Shown: positions 14,542-27,744, counted from the first letter of the whole stretch. The stretch: DNA of 55,326 nucleotides, filler included, from Basidiobolus ranarum (GCA_040143965.1; 4 parts of 4 records of this genome joined end to end with filler, not necessarily neighbours in it), one strand, 5' to 3'. Made by a program: numbers and translations. Notes: a model not told the origin generated them from the letters alone.

Positions 14542-17500
14542 ATGAAGCTTCCTCAGGAAGCACATTTTTTGCTGTTCTTGTCTGTTCTCATTAACAGTGC
14601 TACAGTACATGCCATCATACCGTCATGGAAAGCCTTTCATTCATCTGCCATAGCTAATGATAAACTGATAATATTTGGTGGAATAAACCATACTGTAGCT
14701 GGGAAGAATCCTATAACACTTCCCGGAACTACTGATCTGTACGTATGGGATATAAAGACTGGAAATTGGTCTCAACCCACACCAGACGGAGGTCCAAAAA
14801 TTCCCCAAAAATTTACTGCTTCAGTTAGTCCTGTTACTTCTGACAAAATTTTTACTTATATACCTACTCCCGATACAAACGAAGGGTCAATAGCAGTCCT
14901 TGATACTAACTATTGGTCTTGGTCATATGTTTCTTCTGGTAGGAGTCAAGATTCTAATGGTTGTTACTTGTCAGAATCTAAATTTTTATGAATCCTTTCT
15001 ATTGATAGTTGGCGCTCCACCAGCTTCAAGAATTGCCTACTCTTTTACTATTTCGAACGAGGAGGCTTACTTATTCGGAGGTATTCAGGTACTTGAAAGT
15101 GGTGAATTAAATGGAGGTACAATTTTCAGTGATCTCAGTGACTTTGTAAGTGTACAATATGTGAGTTTATATGCTCTCCACCGACAAAATTTGCTAACTC
15201 TTTTTGAAAAAATGATATAGGATACTTCTCGCCAAGTATGGACATCTGCTTCAAATGGTCCTTCGGTATATTTCCACGCTAGTTGTTTTCTTGCCTCTCA
15301 GAATAGTATTTTATATTTCGGTGGAAGTATTCAAAATGGAGCTGTGAATAGTCTACACGTGTACAATCTTAGTACAAAAGGATGGCAGTTGAATGTCCCT
15401 TTTGTGGGGGAAAATGGTGGACCTACTATACCTAGTGCAAGGTTTCTCATCCCTATTTTTTGTCTTTTACTTGGTTCCAATTTTAAACTTTACTTTTCGC
15501 TACTTTATAATATATTTAGAATTGGACACACTGCGAATTGTCTTGCTGACAAGATGATCATATTTGGTAAATCATTAGATACCGAGTTTCATCACCATTC
15601 GAACGTTTAGCTAACAAGCTTATATTTTAAGGTGGAACTGGCGGAACCGGACAGGAAGCTGTTATTTCACCTAATGATAACGATGTATGGGTGTTGCAGT
15701 TGGTAGGCAACACTTACACTTGGAGTAGGGCCCCTATCAAAGACAAATCAAAGTCACCTTCTGCTAGAATGGGTAAATACGTTTCCCTTGAATATTTTAC
15801 ACAAAGCATTACATAATTCTTTTTTTTTAAAAAAACAAAGGTCATACTGCCGCTCTATCTAACAATCAACTGTACGTCTATGGAGGTATTGGAGCTGAAA
15901 ATGACAATAGTATTTATAGCCTTAACTTGGCCGATTGGGGTTGGACCAAGTTCAGTGTAAACTCAGACCCAAACAAACCGACATCTCCTAACAATCCATT
16001 TCAACCAAACGACCCATCTGGTGATAGCGGCTCTGGCTCTAACAGTAAAGTAGTTATAATCGTGGCTATTTTGAGTTCTTTCTTTGGAATTTTGGCTATG
16101 GGAGTGATCACTGGAATTGGAGTTAGAAGCTGGAAAAGAAAGAAGCAAAAGAATATTAGAGTTGATCGTGAAGCCCAAAGAAAGGCTGATCCTGATTTTG
16201 ATAGTGCTCGTGGTGACTCTGTATCATACCTTCCTAGCTCGAGTGTGGGTTTTCATTCTAACGATATCAATCCCAATGATTCCTTTTTGATTGGAGACAT
16301 CAGTCAGAGACCAAGTAGCTTTAATGAACATGGTTATTCTACTTCTTATTTGTGGAATAATAGCTCTTACGATGCTAGCCCACTCGGGAAAGACAGTTCC
16401 TTGCTCTCTCTTTATGCCGACTCAACACTAAAAGAGGAAGGCAGCCCCATTCTACCACCTTTTGGGACTGCCACTTCTTCAGCAGGATTAGATGGCGAAC
16501 CTCAGGCATCGTCTTCTCCCGAAATCTATAATTCTGGACTACAACATCGTGGTAGTATTCAAAGCAGTTCAATCAACGATACACATATCCATGAAACCCT
16601 TAGTCCTTTAGATCGAATTGCTCGTCTGACTTCTGAAGAGCAGTATCTAAATGAGGATAATCGAAGCGGACGAGGTCTCCACGTTGTCAACAATTTGGAG
16701 CCTGCAGCTAATGGTGATAGCTCTTTGAACCCTCAATTAATCCAAGTCCCTCCACAAAGGCATTTGCAGTCCACTCCCACTAAATCACAGGAATTTAAAA
16801 AAGATTACAACCTGGATGTGTTTGCAACCGCACACGATCATTCACCAAGAGTTAAGAACAGTCTTGACCGATTGAAAGAGGTGTTATTGTCAGAAACCTC
16901 TATTAGAGTGCCGCGCCTTTTCGTAGTCTTGGTTTGATACTTTGCTTCCTTCATATTTCTCCGAACTTATGTGTATTAATATGATTCTTTCGTATAGCCT
17001 GGTGATAGAGCTGGAGAGTCGTGGAAAACACCAAGGTAAATCACTAATACTATTGCGCTCCCAACCATCTCGAACATAATTTAATGTTTCTGACTATATC
17101 ATATTAGTAAATGGGGTCAAGACACCTTTGTTTTGTATATCCTCTGCGAGCATACCAATACTCATATCACATCACATCCCGGATTCCCCATTGCAAATCC
17201 TCAAGCGTTTATGAAAAATGGTAAGTTGCACTAGTAAATGCAATTTAAAATCACCATTCTTACACTTCTCGACAATATAGCTGGTTCACTAGTTGCTGCC
17301 ATATCCCGCTATTGCTCCATTCAATCCCTCCCTTTCCATACCCCCACGATTCCTCAAGAATACCTCAATGGAAGTAGTGAATGCTCAAAAGGAGAATACT
17401 TTGCAGAGATTGCGAGAATCCTCGAGATGTTTGTAGGTGAACCGAATTCGGAAAACGTATCTATCGGTTGGGAAGGAGATGATGAAGACAGCCAGATCCG

Positions 17501-17774
17501 CTGGTTAGAAGAAGCAATCGTAAAGGTCCCACGCGTTCGTAGCTCAGGACTCTCACAACTCAAAGGTATTTGATTAGTGTATACTTGAGACAAACCGGAT
17601 TGATTAACCTTATTATTTTTGTAAGACTATCTCCCTGAATATGTTGAATCACGCCCATTAGCTGGCCTCCACTGTTCCAAAATCAGTCCAGAGCAGCTCA
17701 ACAGCCCAAGTAATACACAAGTCACGCGTTGGCTTTGTGGCTATCATTACAAACGACTTGGTGCTGATCCATGA
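14542..17774 (+). CDS. Type I membrane protein: signal peptide, Kelch-repeat ectodomain, TM helix, Ser-rich linker, C-terminal cytoplasmic globular domain (10 exons)
   Basis: MKLPQEAHFLLFLSVLINSATVHA signal; repeated H-(S/T)-A...FGG/YGG...W Kelch blades across GT-AG exons; TM VVIIVAILSSFFGILAMGVITGIGV followed by RSWKRKKQK. 3' exons 16998-17035, 17108-17220, 17281-17565 and 17626-17774 splice in frame to TGA. Confidence 0.85.
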
Positions 17775-20464
17775 CGATGAGCCATTACACTTCAATTATC
17801 GTCATCCATCCTTCGTACATGTGGCGCCTATTATTTAAAAACTGTATATTTTAATTGCTTTATATTTTGGAAGTCACATCCCATCCATATTAAACCAACG
17901 AAGACATTAAAATTTTCAGAGTCAACATTCACTCTTGTATGAGGCACCCCAAATAGAAAGCATCCCTTTTGTTGGTAATCTTCTTCTTGTTATGCACAAT
18001 GAATTGACTACTTGTATCATGATCACTATCCACATTATATTTTTGAATAAATCCTATTCCTACCCACTCCTATTCCCACATTCGGAGAGTTGTGCATTGA
18101 AGTACATAAAGCTTGGTAAAATCAGTACCTAAAGCTGATGTGCATTCATAATGAAGCATGCCCCAAAACCTTGCCCTTACTCCGTAATATAAACATGGCG
18201 ACTTAGGTCATGTCCTCGAATACAATGGAATCAATTCAAACCATCACCCAGCAAATTCTTAGCTAATTGTTCGGCTAAAGTGTAGCTTCCAGCATTTAAG
18301 GAGAAACTTGGTGAAACATTAGGTAACCAAGTCACACCCGATATATTCTTTCCATTGTATGCATTTAAAATCTTTCATTCATGCCCCAACTTCTTTTTCT
18401 TTCAGTTAGTGTTGGGATCAGACTACGGTTACACGCACCGTTCTGGACGTATTTCTCCGATTTACTTGAACCATCCTCTGTATATGGCGGTCTTTAGTTC
18501 AGTAAGTGCAACAGGTCATTGTGAATGCTAAGATATAAGGGATGGGCCTAAAAGAGAGTGACAATGGGGAAAGGACAAGTATAAACTAGGTCTTTCAAAT
18601 CCATTCGCACTGTGTACCTGGACGTACATCATCTCACTCCCACTCGAAACGCCCTGATGGATGGAAGTAGTCATATCCTCTCACTCACTCTCTCAAGCTA
18701 ATTAACACTAATCGACCCTTGTGACGCAGCTGGTGACAAAGTTCATCGCCATCATTATCACCACCCGTAGCCTAAATAAGTATTTTGAGGCTGGTGATCT
18801 CCGTTATATATTGCGTCCTCGTATGTTCGCATCCCAAACCGTACATGTGGATGATTCAGTTGGTGCTAGTCAAGTAGCGTTCAAGGGTTACTCTGCGTAG
18901 CCAGCTAGCGAATCGAGGTGCTGATTCCATTGGTGTACAAAGGTTCGAGCTGTACCAAATGCAGCATCTCCCTTACCCTCGCCCTTGTTTCATCTTAATT
19001 TTCATATCATCCTTAACAATTGTGACCATGCATTCCTCCAATGAAAATTCCCCATGGGTGCATTCACTTAGGAAATTGAAACGCACACAATTCAATAAAT
19101 CCGAGAAAAGAGATTTCCCGAACTCCTGTATTACAGTTAAACATGATAATGCTTGGTTGCGTGATAATCCTTTACTTGTTATCTTTGAGAGGTGCTCATT
19201 CAATTTTACTTCAATTTCCCAGGTAAACCAGTTTGAATGTTCCCTTCTGTCATATATGCCTATGATGCATGAATAGCTCAATTCTCACCAAGAAATAGGC
19301 CTTTCCAAAAACAAGTGAAAAGTGGCTCAAACTGCACAGAGACCCACACAACATTAAGATTGGGGATGGCTGTGTAACATCTATGAAGTATCAAGACCTT
19401 CAACTTGAGCGGCACTAGATATAGTAAGCTTATATTCGTGGTTCGTTGCGCTAATTCGTTCAATTACCAAATTGTTCTACTCAGCCTAATGATATGATGA
19501 CAGTGGTATTGAATATCACAAAAGTAGATGAAAGTGTCACCTCTTCTTGGAGTGGGAAAAATACACAAAAACCAAAGCAGCTTTCGCCGGATATTCTCCC
19601 AATATTTAGGTAAATGCACCCATTTAGGTATCATCATTCATTACATCCATATCGTATTCTGTTCTGATATACATCACATGTACCATTTCCATGACGACGC
19701 AATTACTCCCATATTTTGCTATTCTGGATCAGCTCAACTATAATTCAATACTCCATAAGTAGTATCTACATCACATGGCCCATTCTGGATTACCGAGGGA
19801 TGTTTCAGAAGATTGATTTGGGCACTGTTTACCAATGCAGTTGGCGAGGCTGAACTTAGACTGATTGGGCCTCCATCGTTCACAGCCGTTATAAATTAAC
19901 TTTTTGTCATTCAGCATTGGCGAAGCAGCAGGATTTTCCCTTACAAAAAACTGCAAGATTCGCCCATAACCCACAGGGAAGTGATACGGTGCTCGATGTA
20001 ATCTGAATCTACAAACAATCACCGAATCCGGATTCGTACCAGTATTTCTTGATAAATGGAGGGCCGAAGGTTCTAAACATTCAGAATGTGGTAGAAGGTC
20101 ATGATACAAGATAATCACGACGCTGGTAAAGATTCTCAGCACATAGTAATTGTATCGATTCGATGAATAAGGTAATCTAAATCTTCGGGGATTGGCTAGA
20201 ATTGGTGCAGAGAAAATTAGGAAACCCATCTGATTTGTTTGCAATATAAAATAATCCTTGCTTGAAAAATTCCGAGTAAAATCTAGTGCCACTTCTCGTC
20301 ATAGTGTGAGTAGCTCATTGTCAAATCCATTGTGGTGAATTCTATATAAGCCTTAGTGGAGTCCTTGCGATTTTTGCTAGATTGTTTCCATTTTTTTTGT
20401 GTATCTTTAGTCTATCTTGACTTCATCCTCTCCCTCATTCATTTTTACTACTGACTTTTGTTAA

Positions 20465-21463
20465 ATGACGATGAATGGGTTCTCTCGACACCTTGACAAC
20501 TCCTCTTCATTACCATTCACTCCATCTCATTTAACTCAACCAAGGTCACTTGGTAAATCATTTTTGGATAATTCTGGAGAGAAGAGGTCCATTCTATCCG
20601 TTTCCAAAATCTCGGACACATTGCATATAAATACATCAGTCGATTATTTACGAAGGGATGAGAGGATTCATGAATCGAACTCAGTTACAACTCGGAACTA
20701 TATTCCAACCGGCACTGAAGCTCACAAAAGTTATTCGGAATATTTTACTCAAAACAGATCTCCTCCATTCCCAACCAAGCATGACTTTGGTATAGAGGAT
20801 GGAGTTTGTCATTGGAATAACTGCTGTCCCTTGAATTTGAAATATAGTATGGGTAACGAAAGACCCCTAACCTCAGAATGGAATAGCATTACGAGTTCAC
20901 CAAGTATACATACTCAAGCATTACCTGACAGTCCAAAGATAAGTAACATCTATAAGCTTTTGAACGACGAGGATCTGAATGAAAATTCCGAGAAAAAACA
21001 TACAACCACATCGGCGCATTCCAGAACAAAGCCTATAGGTAGTCATAGCACTCACGCTCCTTCTACATACCATTATCCCCCATATTACCATCCATACCTC
21101 AAGACTGCAGATATCCATCGCAATCAAATGGTAAGTTATATCACAGAGTCTCCTCATCAATCTTACTACTACGAACCGGGGTATTTAAGCCCGTCTGATA
21201 TGGCCTATATGCAGACTTACGGATACCGACCAATGGGATTTCTAGATGTAAAGAATCACACATGTAAATTCCCTGGCTGTAATATGAGGTTCAAAAGGTT
21301 GGAACACCTAAAGCGACATTTCCGAGTGCATACCATGGAAAGACCATTTCCATGTACTCATGAAGGATGTGGTAAAGCATTTTCTAGAAGTGACAATCTT
21401 AGTCAACATCTTAAAACGCATGAACGTCGAGCTCAGAAATTGACTCAGCCCAATCTATTTTAG
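20465..21463 (+). CDS. C2H2 zinc-finger transcription factor (two C-terminal fingers of SteA/Msn2 type), intronless
   Basis: [57 protein letters not shown]-like TATATAAG about 120 nt upstream. Confidence 0.92.
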   Translation: MTMNGFSRHLDNSSSLPFTPSHLTQPRSLGKSFLDNSGEKRSILSVSKISDTLHINTSVDYLRRDERIHESNSVTTRNYIPTGTEAHKSYSEYFTQNRSPPFPTKHDFGIEDGVCHWNNCCPLNLKYSMGNERPLTSEWNSITSSPSIHTQALPDSPKISNIYKLLNDEDLNENSEKKHTTTSAHSRTKPIGSHSTHAPSTYHYPPYYHPYLKTADIHRNQMVSYITESPHQSYYYEPGYLSPSDMAYMQTYGYRPMGFLDVKNHTCKFPGCNMRFKRLEHLKRHFRVHTMERPFPCTHEGCGKAFSRSDNLSQHLKTHERRAQKLTQPNLF

Positions 21464-22901
21464 CATGATGAAGTTGTTGAATCAAAAGTTTTCATATTTT
21501 AATTGTATTTGTATTCTCATTCCTGATCACGTCCCATCCCGTCCCGTCCCATCTCATCCTGATTTCCATGTACATTGCACTTGTTCATTTATACTTGCGG
21601 AATGAAAAGATTTAATATATTTCCTCATTTATATATTGACTTGATCTAAACTGATGATACCTTCGAATTACCTTCAATGTGTGTAATAGAAGAAAGGAAA
21701 CCACCAACCTATTAGAATGTTAATATTTGGATGATGACCCAACGGTGACTTGCTGTGAACAATATCTCTTAACCTACCTGCATCATTCAACTGAGATTTT
21801 TTCCCATATCATTCCATAATGATATCATATTCATGGCAGGGTTTCTATACAAGGATTCCAAAGTAGCATTAGATATAGAATACTCAGATGGTTAACTCCG
21901 AATATTTGGGTATTTAGGACATAATTGTGGTGATCTTGGTTGACTTAATTTCAACATATTTTAACCAGTCGGAGATTTTTCTCACCATCCCCATATTTCC
22001 CACGATCCTATTGGTCAATGAAATGGATTGGATCTTTGCTCAATGAACTCTTCAGATCAATATATAGAATAAATAAAGCGAAGGAAGGGGAGGAGAGGGG
22101 AGGGGAGAGGAAGGGAAGGGAGGACAAGGGTTGTGGAAGAAATCAATAAATAAATGGAATTTCACCGTTGTCGGCGCTGTCACCTTTGCCACCACCATCT
22201 GATACAGATAATATCGTCTCTGATGGCTAGATTAAGAGTCGTATATCCAGGACACATCTCATTCTTTAACAAAATAGGAAGTTACCAAGCTAGAAAATAT
22301 ACTCAGAGCGTACCTAAAGCGTGGAAAAACAAACTAGATAGGGACAGTCTATATATGTATATATGTTTTGTTTCCGACACTGCTTCCAGGAGGCATTCAA
22401 TCGCTTCATCGTTAGATCATCAGATCATGTCGATTGCCGAACAGTTTACGGATTAATTAACGTATATTAACCATAAACATCACCTCCAGAAGCTCAATCA
22501 TACATTGGATCGTACTGTCATTATCAAGTAAGCTCCATTAAACCAAAAATGGATGCGGTAAATTACGAAACGTAACATGAATGATGGATGGTGCAACATG
22601 TCAATCTCCACCTCGGCACACTCATGAATTTAGGTATGTAAGATCCAAGTAAATTCAAGCTTTTTCTGTAAACATCCACTCCATATAGTAGCTACTTGTT
22701 TCTCTCAAAATTAAACCTACTAATGCGAAACCTGATACGGAGGACAACCAGGAAGTAACAGGTTTGTTTCGAATAATAAATAAATCCATGATAAATAAAC
22801 CTTGGGTGAATAATATTATATAACAATATATTATGATCAAACTATACAATTACAATGACATTCTAGCAACAAAGTTCACACCTATATAGATATAGATGGA
22901 A

Positions 22902-23918
22902 CTATGGGAATATGGAAGTACAGCATTTTGTGTTTGGTTGAAGTTCTAGTTTCTGTGCTCGGCGTTCGTGAGTTTTGAGATGTTGGCCGAGGTTGTCTCT
23001 CCGCGAGAATGATTTTTCACATCCTTCTTGAGTACACACATATGGACGTTCTAGTGTGTGAACTCGATAATGCCGTTTTAGATGTTCCAGACGTTTAAAG
23101 CGCATGTAACAGCCAGGATATTGGCACGAGTGATTCTTAGTATCCATGAAATTCATATATTGATTTCCATACATGTATGGATATTCAATATGGTAAGAGT
23201 GATTTTGGCTAGTAATGTACGATACAGCACGGGGGTGATACGTATCTTGTGAGCTGCCCAAGTACGGATGGTAGTATGATTTGGTAGTATAGTGAGAGGA
23301 GGGGCTTAAATGACGTGGGGCATACGTAGGCGGAACTGGGTATGGAATTGAATTCCTATTGATTCTGTACTCAGTATTATACGATGAAATGGGAATATTC
23401 CTTGTCTCCTTGACGTCCTTCTGTTCGTGATTCAAGAGCTTATGAATATCACTCACTTTGGATGGAGTATCAGCAGAATGCTTAGGGAACACGTTCAAAG
23501 TCGCTTTTTCATAAGAATCAAGTGAGTTTGGAAATGTACCCCTATATCTATTCTCAGATTGAGAGCCACTCTTTCTAGAATACGTATCGTAAGGGAGTTC
23601 TAAATTTCGGCTTTCAAATCGGGTATCTCTCCGGTCAATGCAGTTTGTGTGGCTGGCGTAAGATAAGCCCATCCCTTCATGAGAATCAGAGTAAGCTTTC
23701 TCTGGATAGTAATCACTTGTGTCTGACTTGTATGTGCCAAGAGAGTGTTCACAATAATCAATGTCCGACTGAGAGTGGGGACTCTGAGTGTATCCAGGTC
23801 GAGATGTACCATAGGACTCCGAATGACTGGTAATATTCCTTGTACAGCATGCAGATTTTGTATAGCTCAAATGGAACGAAGACTTTGATTTATCATTGAG
23901 AATGGTACGCGGCATCAT
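22902..23918 (-). CDS. C2H2 zinc-finger transcription factor, paralog of 20465-21463
   Basis: [60 protein letters not shown]; shares the SK(I/V)S.I.KLLN, YYHPYL and VSYIT blocks with its neighbour. Confidence 0.92.
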   Translation of the reverse strand: MMPRTILNDKSKSSFHLSYTKSACCTRNITSHSESYGTSRPGYTQSPHSQSDIDYCEHSLGTYKSDTSDYYPEKAYSDSHEGMGLSYASHTNCIDRRDTRFESRNLELPYDTYSRKSGSQSENRYRGTFPNSLDSYEKATLNVFPKHSADTPSKVSDIHKLLNHEQKDVKETRNIPISSYNTEYRINRNSIPYPVPPTYAPRHLSPSSHYTTKSYYHPYLGSSQDTYHPRAVSYITSQNHSYHIEYPYMYGNQYMNFMDTKNHSCQYPGCYMRFKRLEHLKRHYRVHTLERPYVCTQEGCEKSFSRRDNLGQHLKTHERRAQKLELQPNTKCCTSIFP

Positions 23919-25654
23919 AATGAAACTCCAGTAAGTCAGATGTTTCTAGGTTGATATATAGAATGTACAGCAAATCTAGAGACAAAATTCGAAACGGAAG
24001 AAAGATAAGAGTAGGTAAACGATAGAAGAGTTGTATAGTCAAGCTCTAGTTGTGAATACATACAAGGTGGATGAGTATTTTATATATAACTAAGCAATGT
24101 ATCTGATCGTAGCACTATCTCTTAAAGAGGTCAACTCAGAGCTTGATGAGGTTCAGGTTACACCAATAATGCATTGGGGAAATTCGGTAAAACAGAATAC
24201 ATGCTTCAAATACGAGCCCAAAGCCGACTTTTCATGACTCAAGTGACTATAAGAAGATAAATTCTCAATTTATCGAGTTTTCCCGATAACTTTGTGTCAA
24301 AACACATGATGCTTGTGAGCTTTTACCATGGTACCTAAATATAGTTTCTTTATCCGCTATTGTACATCTCTTTAACTTCCTCTATTAGCAAGCGTACCTT
24401 CATTAGACGTTATGAAATGTGTAGAAAGTTCATTGAACAATTCGGCATTATTCTTATGCAAAGTTAAAGAGCACTACTACGATCCATCATAAGTGAAAGA
24501 TAAGGAAGAAGAGTTAGAGGCCAATGGAACCTGCGTATTCATTGTGATAGTTACTCAAGGGTTATATAATGCACACTGATGCACACATGGGTGGTAGTCT
24601 TGAGATAAATGATTAAAGACCGGTAGTCTTGGATAACCCTACTGGCATATATTGGATTTTTACAAGTTTTCTTCTTGGGTGACAATGATAGTTACACTAG
24701 ATATTTATTGACTCCAACACGTGTCGATTTGCTGCTTTGCAAGATTATGCTTGGCATTATCATATAAGGCATTTATTTTGTTTAGTTTAATCAAAATGAA
24801 GATTGTTGACTAAAATCCGATATAATGTGGTGATTTTATGGAGATAGTTTTCTACTTTGGCTAGCCACCGTACGGAGTAGTGTTGAAGTTATGGTTAGAG
24901 GGTCTGATATTGTATTACGCAGCTTATCCCATATGGAGGGGTATTTAACGTAACCCGACACAAATCTAGATACAACCACGGTAACATCTCTATCTAGTTC
25001 AGGATATTTAATAAGTCTAGATAGAGGCACTTAGTATAGTGAACACCTAGCCTGGATACATAGGCAAATACTAATGGTTTTTACGATTATCTTCTAGTGG
25101 TGTCCTCAAATATGCTAAACCTGTATGATGTAGGAATAATGAAGATGCGGTAGGACAGAGTAGCTGAGGTACCTTGCATATATGTATATATTACAAATAT
25201 GAATTTTAACAAGTGGCGCCATACTGATAATAGAGAATGAACCAACCAATGATTTCCAAAAAATTTCCATATTCAGAACCACCCAGCCATTTAGTCATTC
25301 TTTAGTTTTGTTGACTAAAGATTCTTTCATATGGTTAATCACAACTTATCCATCAATTGATCGTCAATTAATTTGATCAGATATGGGGAAGTTTACGGAG
25401 CAAGACCATGGCCAGAATTTTCCAGACCTCGCACTTTTCCGATTTTATACTGATGACAGTTCTAGATCCAGAACAAACCAAAGTAAAGTATTGGTGTGGG
25501 GAAAATATATGTAGTAATCATGATTCTTTGCTGTCCTATTTCGTACTTGAGATATAGCTGAACATTCCATTCTCGAGTGTAGTTCCGATATAAAAATGGT
25601 CGAAATCGTTCAATTCGAAGTACTCCCATTGCCCAACAACTATCTTACTACAGC

Positions 25655-25822
25655 ATGAGCCTCGGAAACACCTTTAGAAAAGTTCCAGTTGAAGTTACTC
25701 CTCTTATCGCCGTCTTAGGCGTTGCAGTCGGATTCGCTGTCTACAGTATGGGCAAGAAGATCGCCACTGACCAAGATCTTCGTCGCTATCCCTCTCACAT
25801 GTCAGGTGTTAAGAACCATTAA
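25655..25822 (+). CDS. 55-aa single-TM microprotein, NDUFA4/MLRQ (B12D)-like, copy 1
   Basis: MSLGNTFRKVPVEVTPLIAVLGVAVGFAVYSMGKKIATDQDLRRYPSHMSGVKNH*; TATAAAAA at 25589; frame conserved across three copies with many synonymous changes. Confidence 0.85.
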   Translation: MSLGNTFRKVPVEVTPLIAVLGVAVGFAVYSMGKKIATDQDLRRYPSHMSGVKNH

Positions 25823-26647
25823 GAACCTACATCACAGTAGACATTGTAATATATCCCTAGTCGCTTCTCTAACTCGGCATTTTGAAAACATATATTGTAC
25901 ATGCGCAATATACATGGAACTTTTGAATAAAGTGGTTTTCAACACCATACTTGAGCTAGTGCGTTTTAACCTGATATCTTTCAAGTAAGCGTCAATATTG
26001 ATAACAGTCGGGATACAGTTTATTATAAAAACATTAATCATATTCAGACTATGGTACTATAAACAGTTTTTGGCACCTTTATATTCTTTATAAACCAGAA
26101 AGTGGGCAGTTTTTTGGAGATTGTTGTAAATCGCCATTGAATATCTTCGTGTAAAGTTTAGAACATGTATGTAACACTTGGTGAACCAACCCCGATTATA
26201 CCAGTCTTAAGTGGAGTGCTAAATATCTATAGCTTAGCATCATCAAAGAGGTGGGGTCATATTTCGGAGATCTATATGGGCTCTGGTGGCTTCTGGACCA
26301 TTCTAGGCTGGGAAATTTTTAGGAAGTACTAAATATCATTCTGAGTAAATGAAAAACCGTGTGATATCTAAATTATTGGTTTCATACAGTTTTAGATTAA
26401 ATCATTTTATGGTCAGAGATCAGTTTATTTATGGAAAACCTTTAAGCATTCCATAGAATCTCTTCACACAGGTAGTGTTGAATACACCGTTGTTTACTAT
26501 TTTAGAAATGCTTATTCTAGGCACTCCTGAATATTGTATTCACGTTAAGAGCATCATGAGATTGTGCTTTGAAAGTCAGTAAATTCGATGGTTTGATGTT
26601 GGAGTGCAGCGACTGTTCTGGAACCGCTGAAAATCATGGGAATATCT

Positions 26648-26655
26648 TATATAAG
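26648..26655 (+). promoter_or_regulatory. TATA box of microprotein copy 2
   Basis: TATATAAG 71 nt upstream of the ATG; same motif and spacing in copy 3 (27470-27477) within ~160 nt of conserved upstream sequence. Confidence 0.6.
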
Positions 26656-26718
26656 CAAAGAGATGTTCATCATCTACATCCATTCTAAACTAAGTTAATT
26701 CACCAATAATACCTAAAC

Positions 26719-26886
26719 ATGAGCCTCGGAACTGCCTTGAGAAAAGTCCCAGTCGAAGTTACTCCTCTTATCGCCGTCTTGAGTGGTGCCGTCGGATTTG
26801 CTTTCTACAGCATGGGCAAGAAGATCGCTACTGATAAAGACCTTCGTCTATATCCCTCTCACATGTCCGGTGTCAAGAACCATTGA
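26719..26886 (+). CDS. 55-aa NDUFA4/MLRQ-like microprotein, copy 2
   Basis: MSLGTALRKVPVEVTPLIAVLSGAVGFAFYSMGKKIATDKDLRLYPSHMSGVKNH*; 3' flank alignable with copy 1. Confidence 0.85.
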   Translation: MSLGTALRKVPVEVTPLIAVLSGAVGFAFYSMGKKIATDKDLRLYPSHMSGVKNH

Positions 26887-27540
26887 TAACCTTTATCGCA
26901 GTAAACATTGTAATATATTCCCAGTCGTTTCTCGTCTCAACATTTTGGAAGCCAATATTGTGTGTGTAAAATACACATGTATCCCTGAAATAAAAAATCC
27001 CTCATTAATATACTTAAACTAGTGAGCTTTAGTGTTTATGGAATAGCTATTTTTACTAAGGTGGTATCATTATTACTGTGCGTGTTTCATAGACTTTAGT
27101 CAGTCATCTAAAGTAACTTAGGTGAGTTCGTTCAATCTTCAACAGGAAAATCACTTGATTTTTTTAGTCCTAGCGAGTCAAATGATAATACAAATTCAGG
27201 ATAATTTACCTAGGGAATGTGTTCATGCTACTGTTGAATATACTATGGTGGCTAAGTTTTTAGCAAGACATAAGGTTAAAGACAAATACACGAATAAATC
27301 TCTGTCATTATTTGGAAAAATGAGGTTCTGGGCGACAATCCTCTCCGGAAAAATGTATGCATGATAAACACATTGTGGGTTTGAAGTTTCATAGTCAGTA
27401 CGTTCGATGGCTTGATCACGCTGGATACCATCGACAGTTCTGGAACCGCTGAAAATCACTGGGATATCTTATATAAGCCGAGAGTTGTTCATCAGCTAAG
27501 CTCATTCTAAACCAAGCTAATCCATCAATAATCCCTAAAC

Positions 27541-27644
27541 ATGAGCCTCGGAACTGCCTTGAGAAAAGTCCCAGTCGAAGTTACTCCTCTTATCGCCGTC
27601 TTGAGTGGTGCCGTCGGGTTTGCTTTCTACAGTATGGGCAAGAA
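27541..27644 (+). CDS. NDUFA4/MLRQ-like microprotein, copy 3 (truncated by contig end)
   Basis: MSLGTALRKVPVEVTPLIAVLSGAVGFAFYSMGK...; differs from copy 2 only by synonymous changes (GGA/GGG, AGC/AGT) in the visible part. Confidence 0.8.
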
Positions 27645-27744
27645 NNNNNNNNNNNNNNNNNNNNNNNNNNNNNNNNNNNNNNNNNNNNTTAATTAATTAA
27701 NNNNNNNNNNNNNNNNNNNNNNNNNNNNNNNNNNNNNNNNNNNN
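27645..27744. other. Artificial contig linker
   Basis: N44-TTAATTAATTAA-N44. Confidence 0.98.

Noticed and set aside
18870-18960. GGTTCGA-containing segment suggestive of a tRNA T-loop
   Set aside because: No cloverleaf stems could be built around it.
18973-19281. 102-aa minus-strand ORF and the overlapping 105-aa plus-strand ORF
   Set aside because: No motifs, no splice-supported extension, mutually overlapping.
19771-20292. 173-aa minus-strand ORF
   Set aside because: Non-ATG start, random-looking composition, lies in the promoter region of the C2H2 gene.
25722-27022. ORF-track ORFs 25722-25988 and 26783-27022 that resemble each other
   Set aside because: Alternate-frame shadows of the real 55-aa genes; they have non-ATG starts and the substitutions are synonymous in the other frame.
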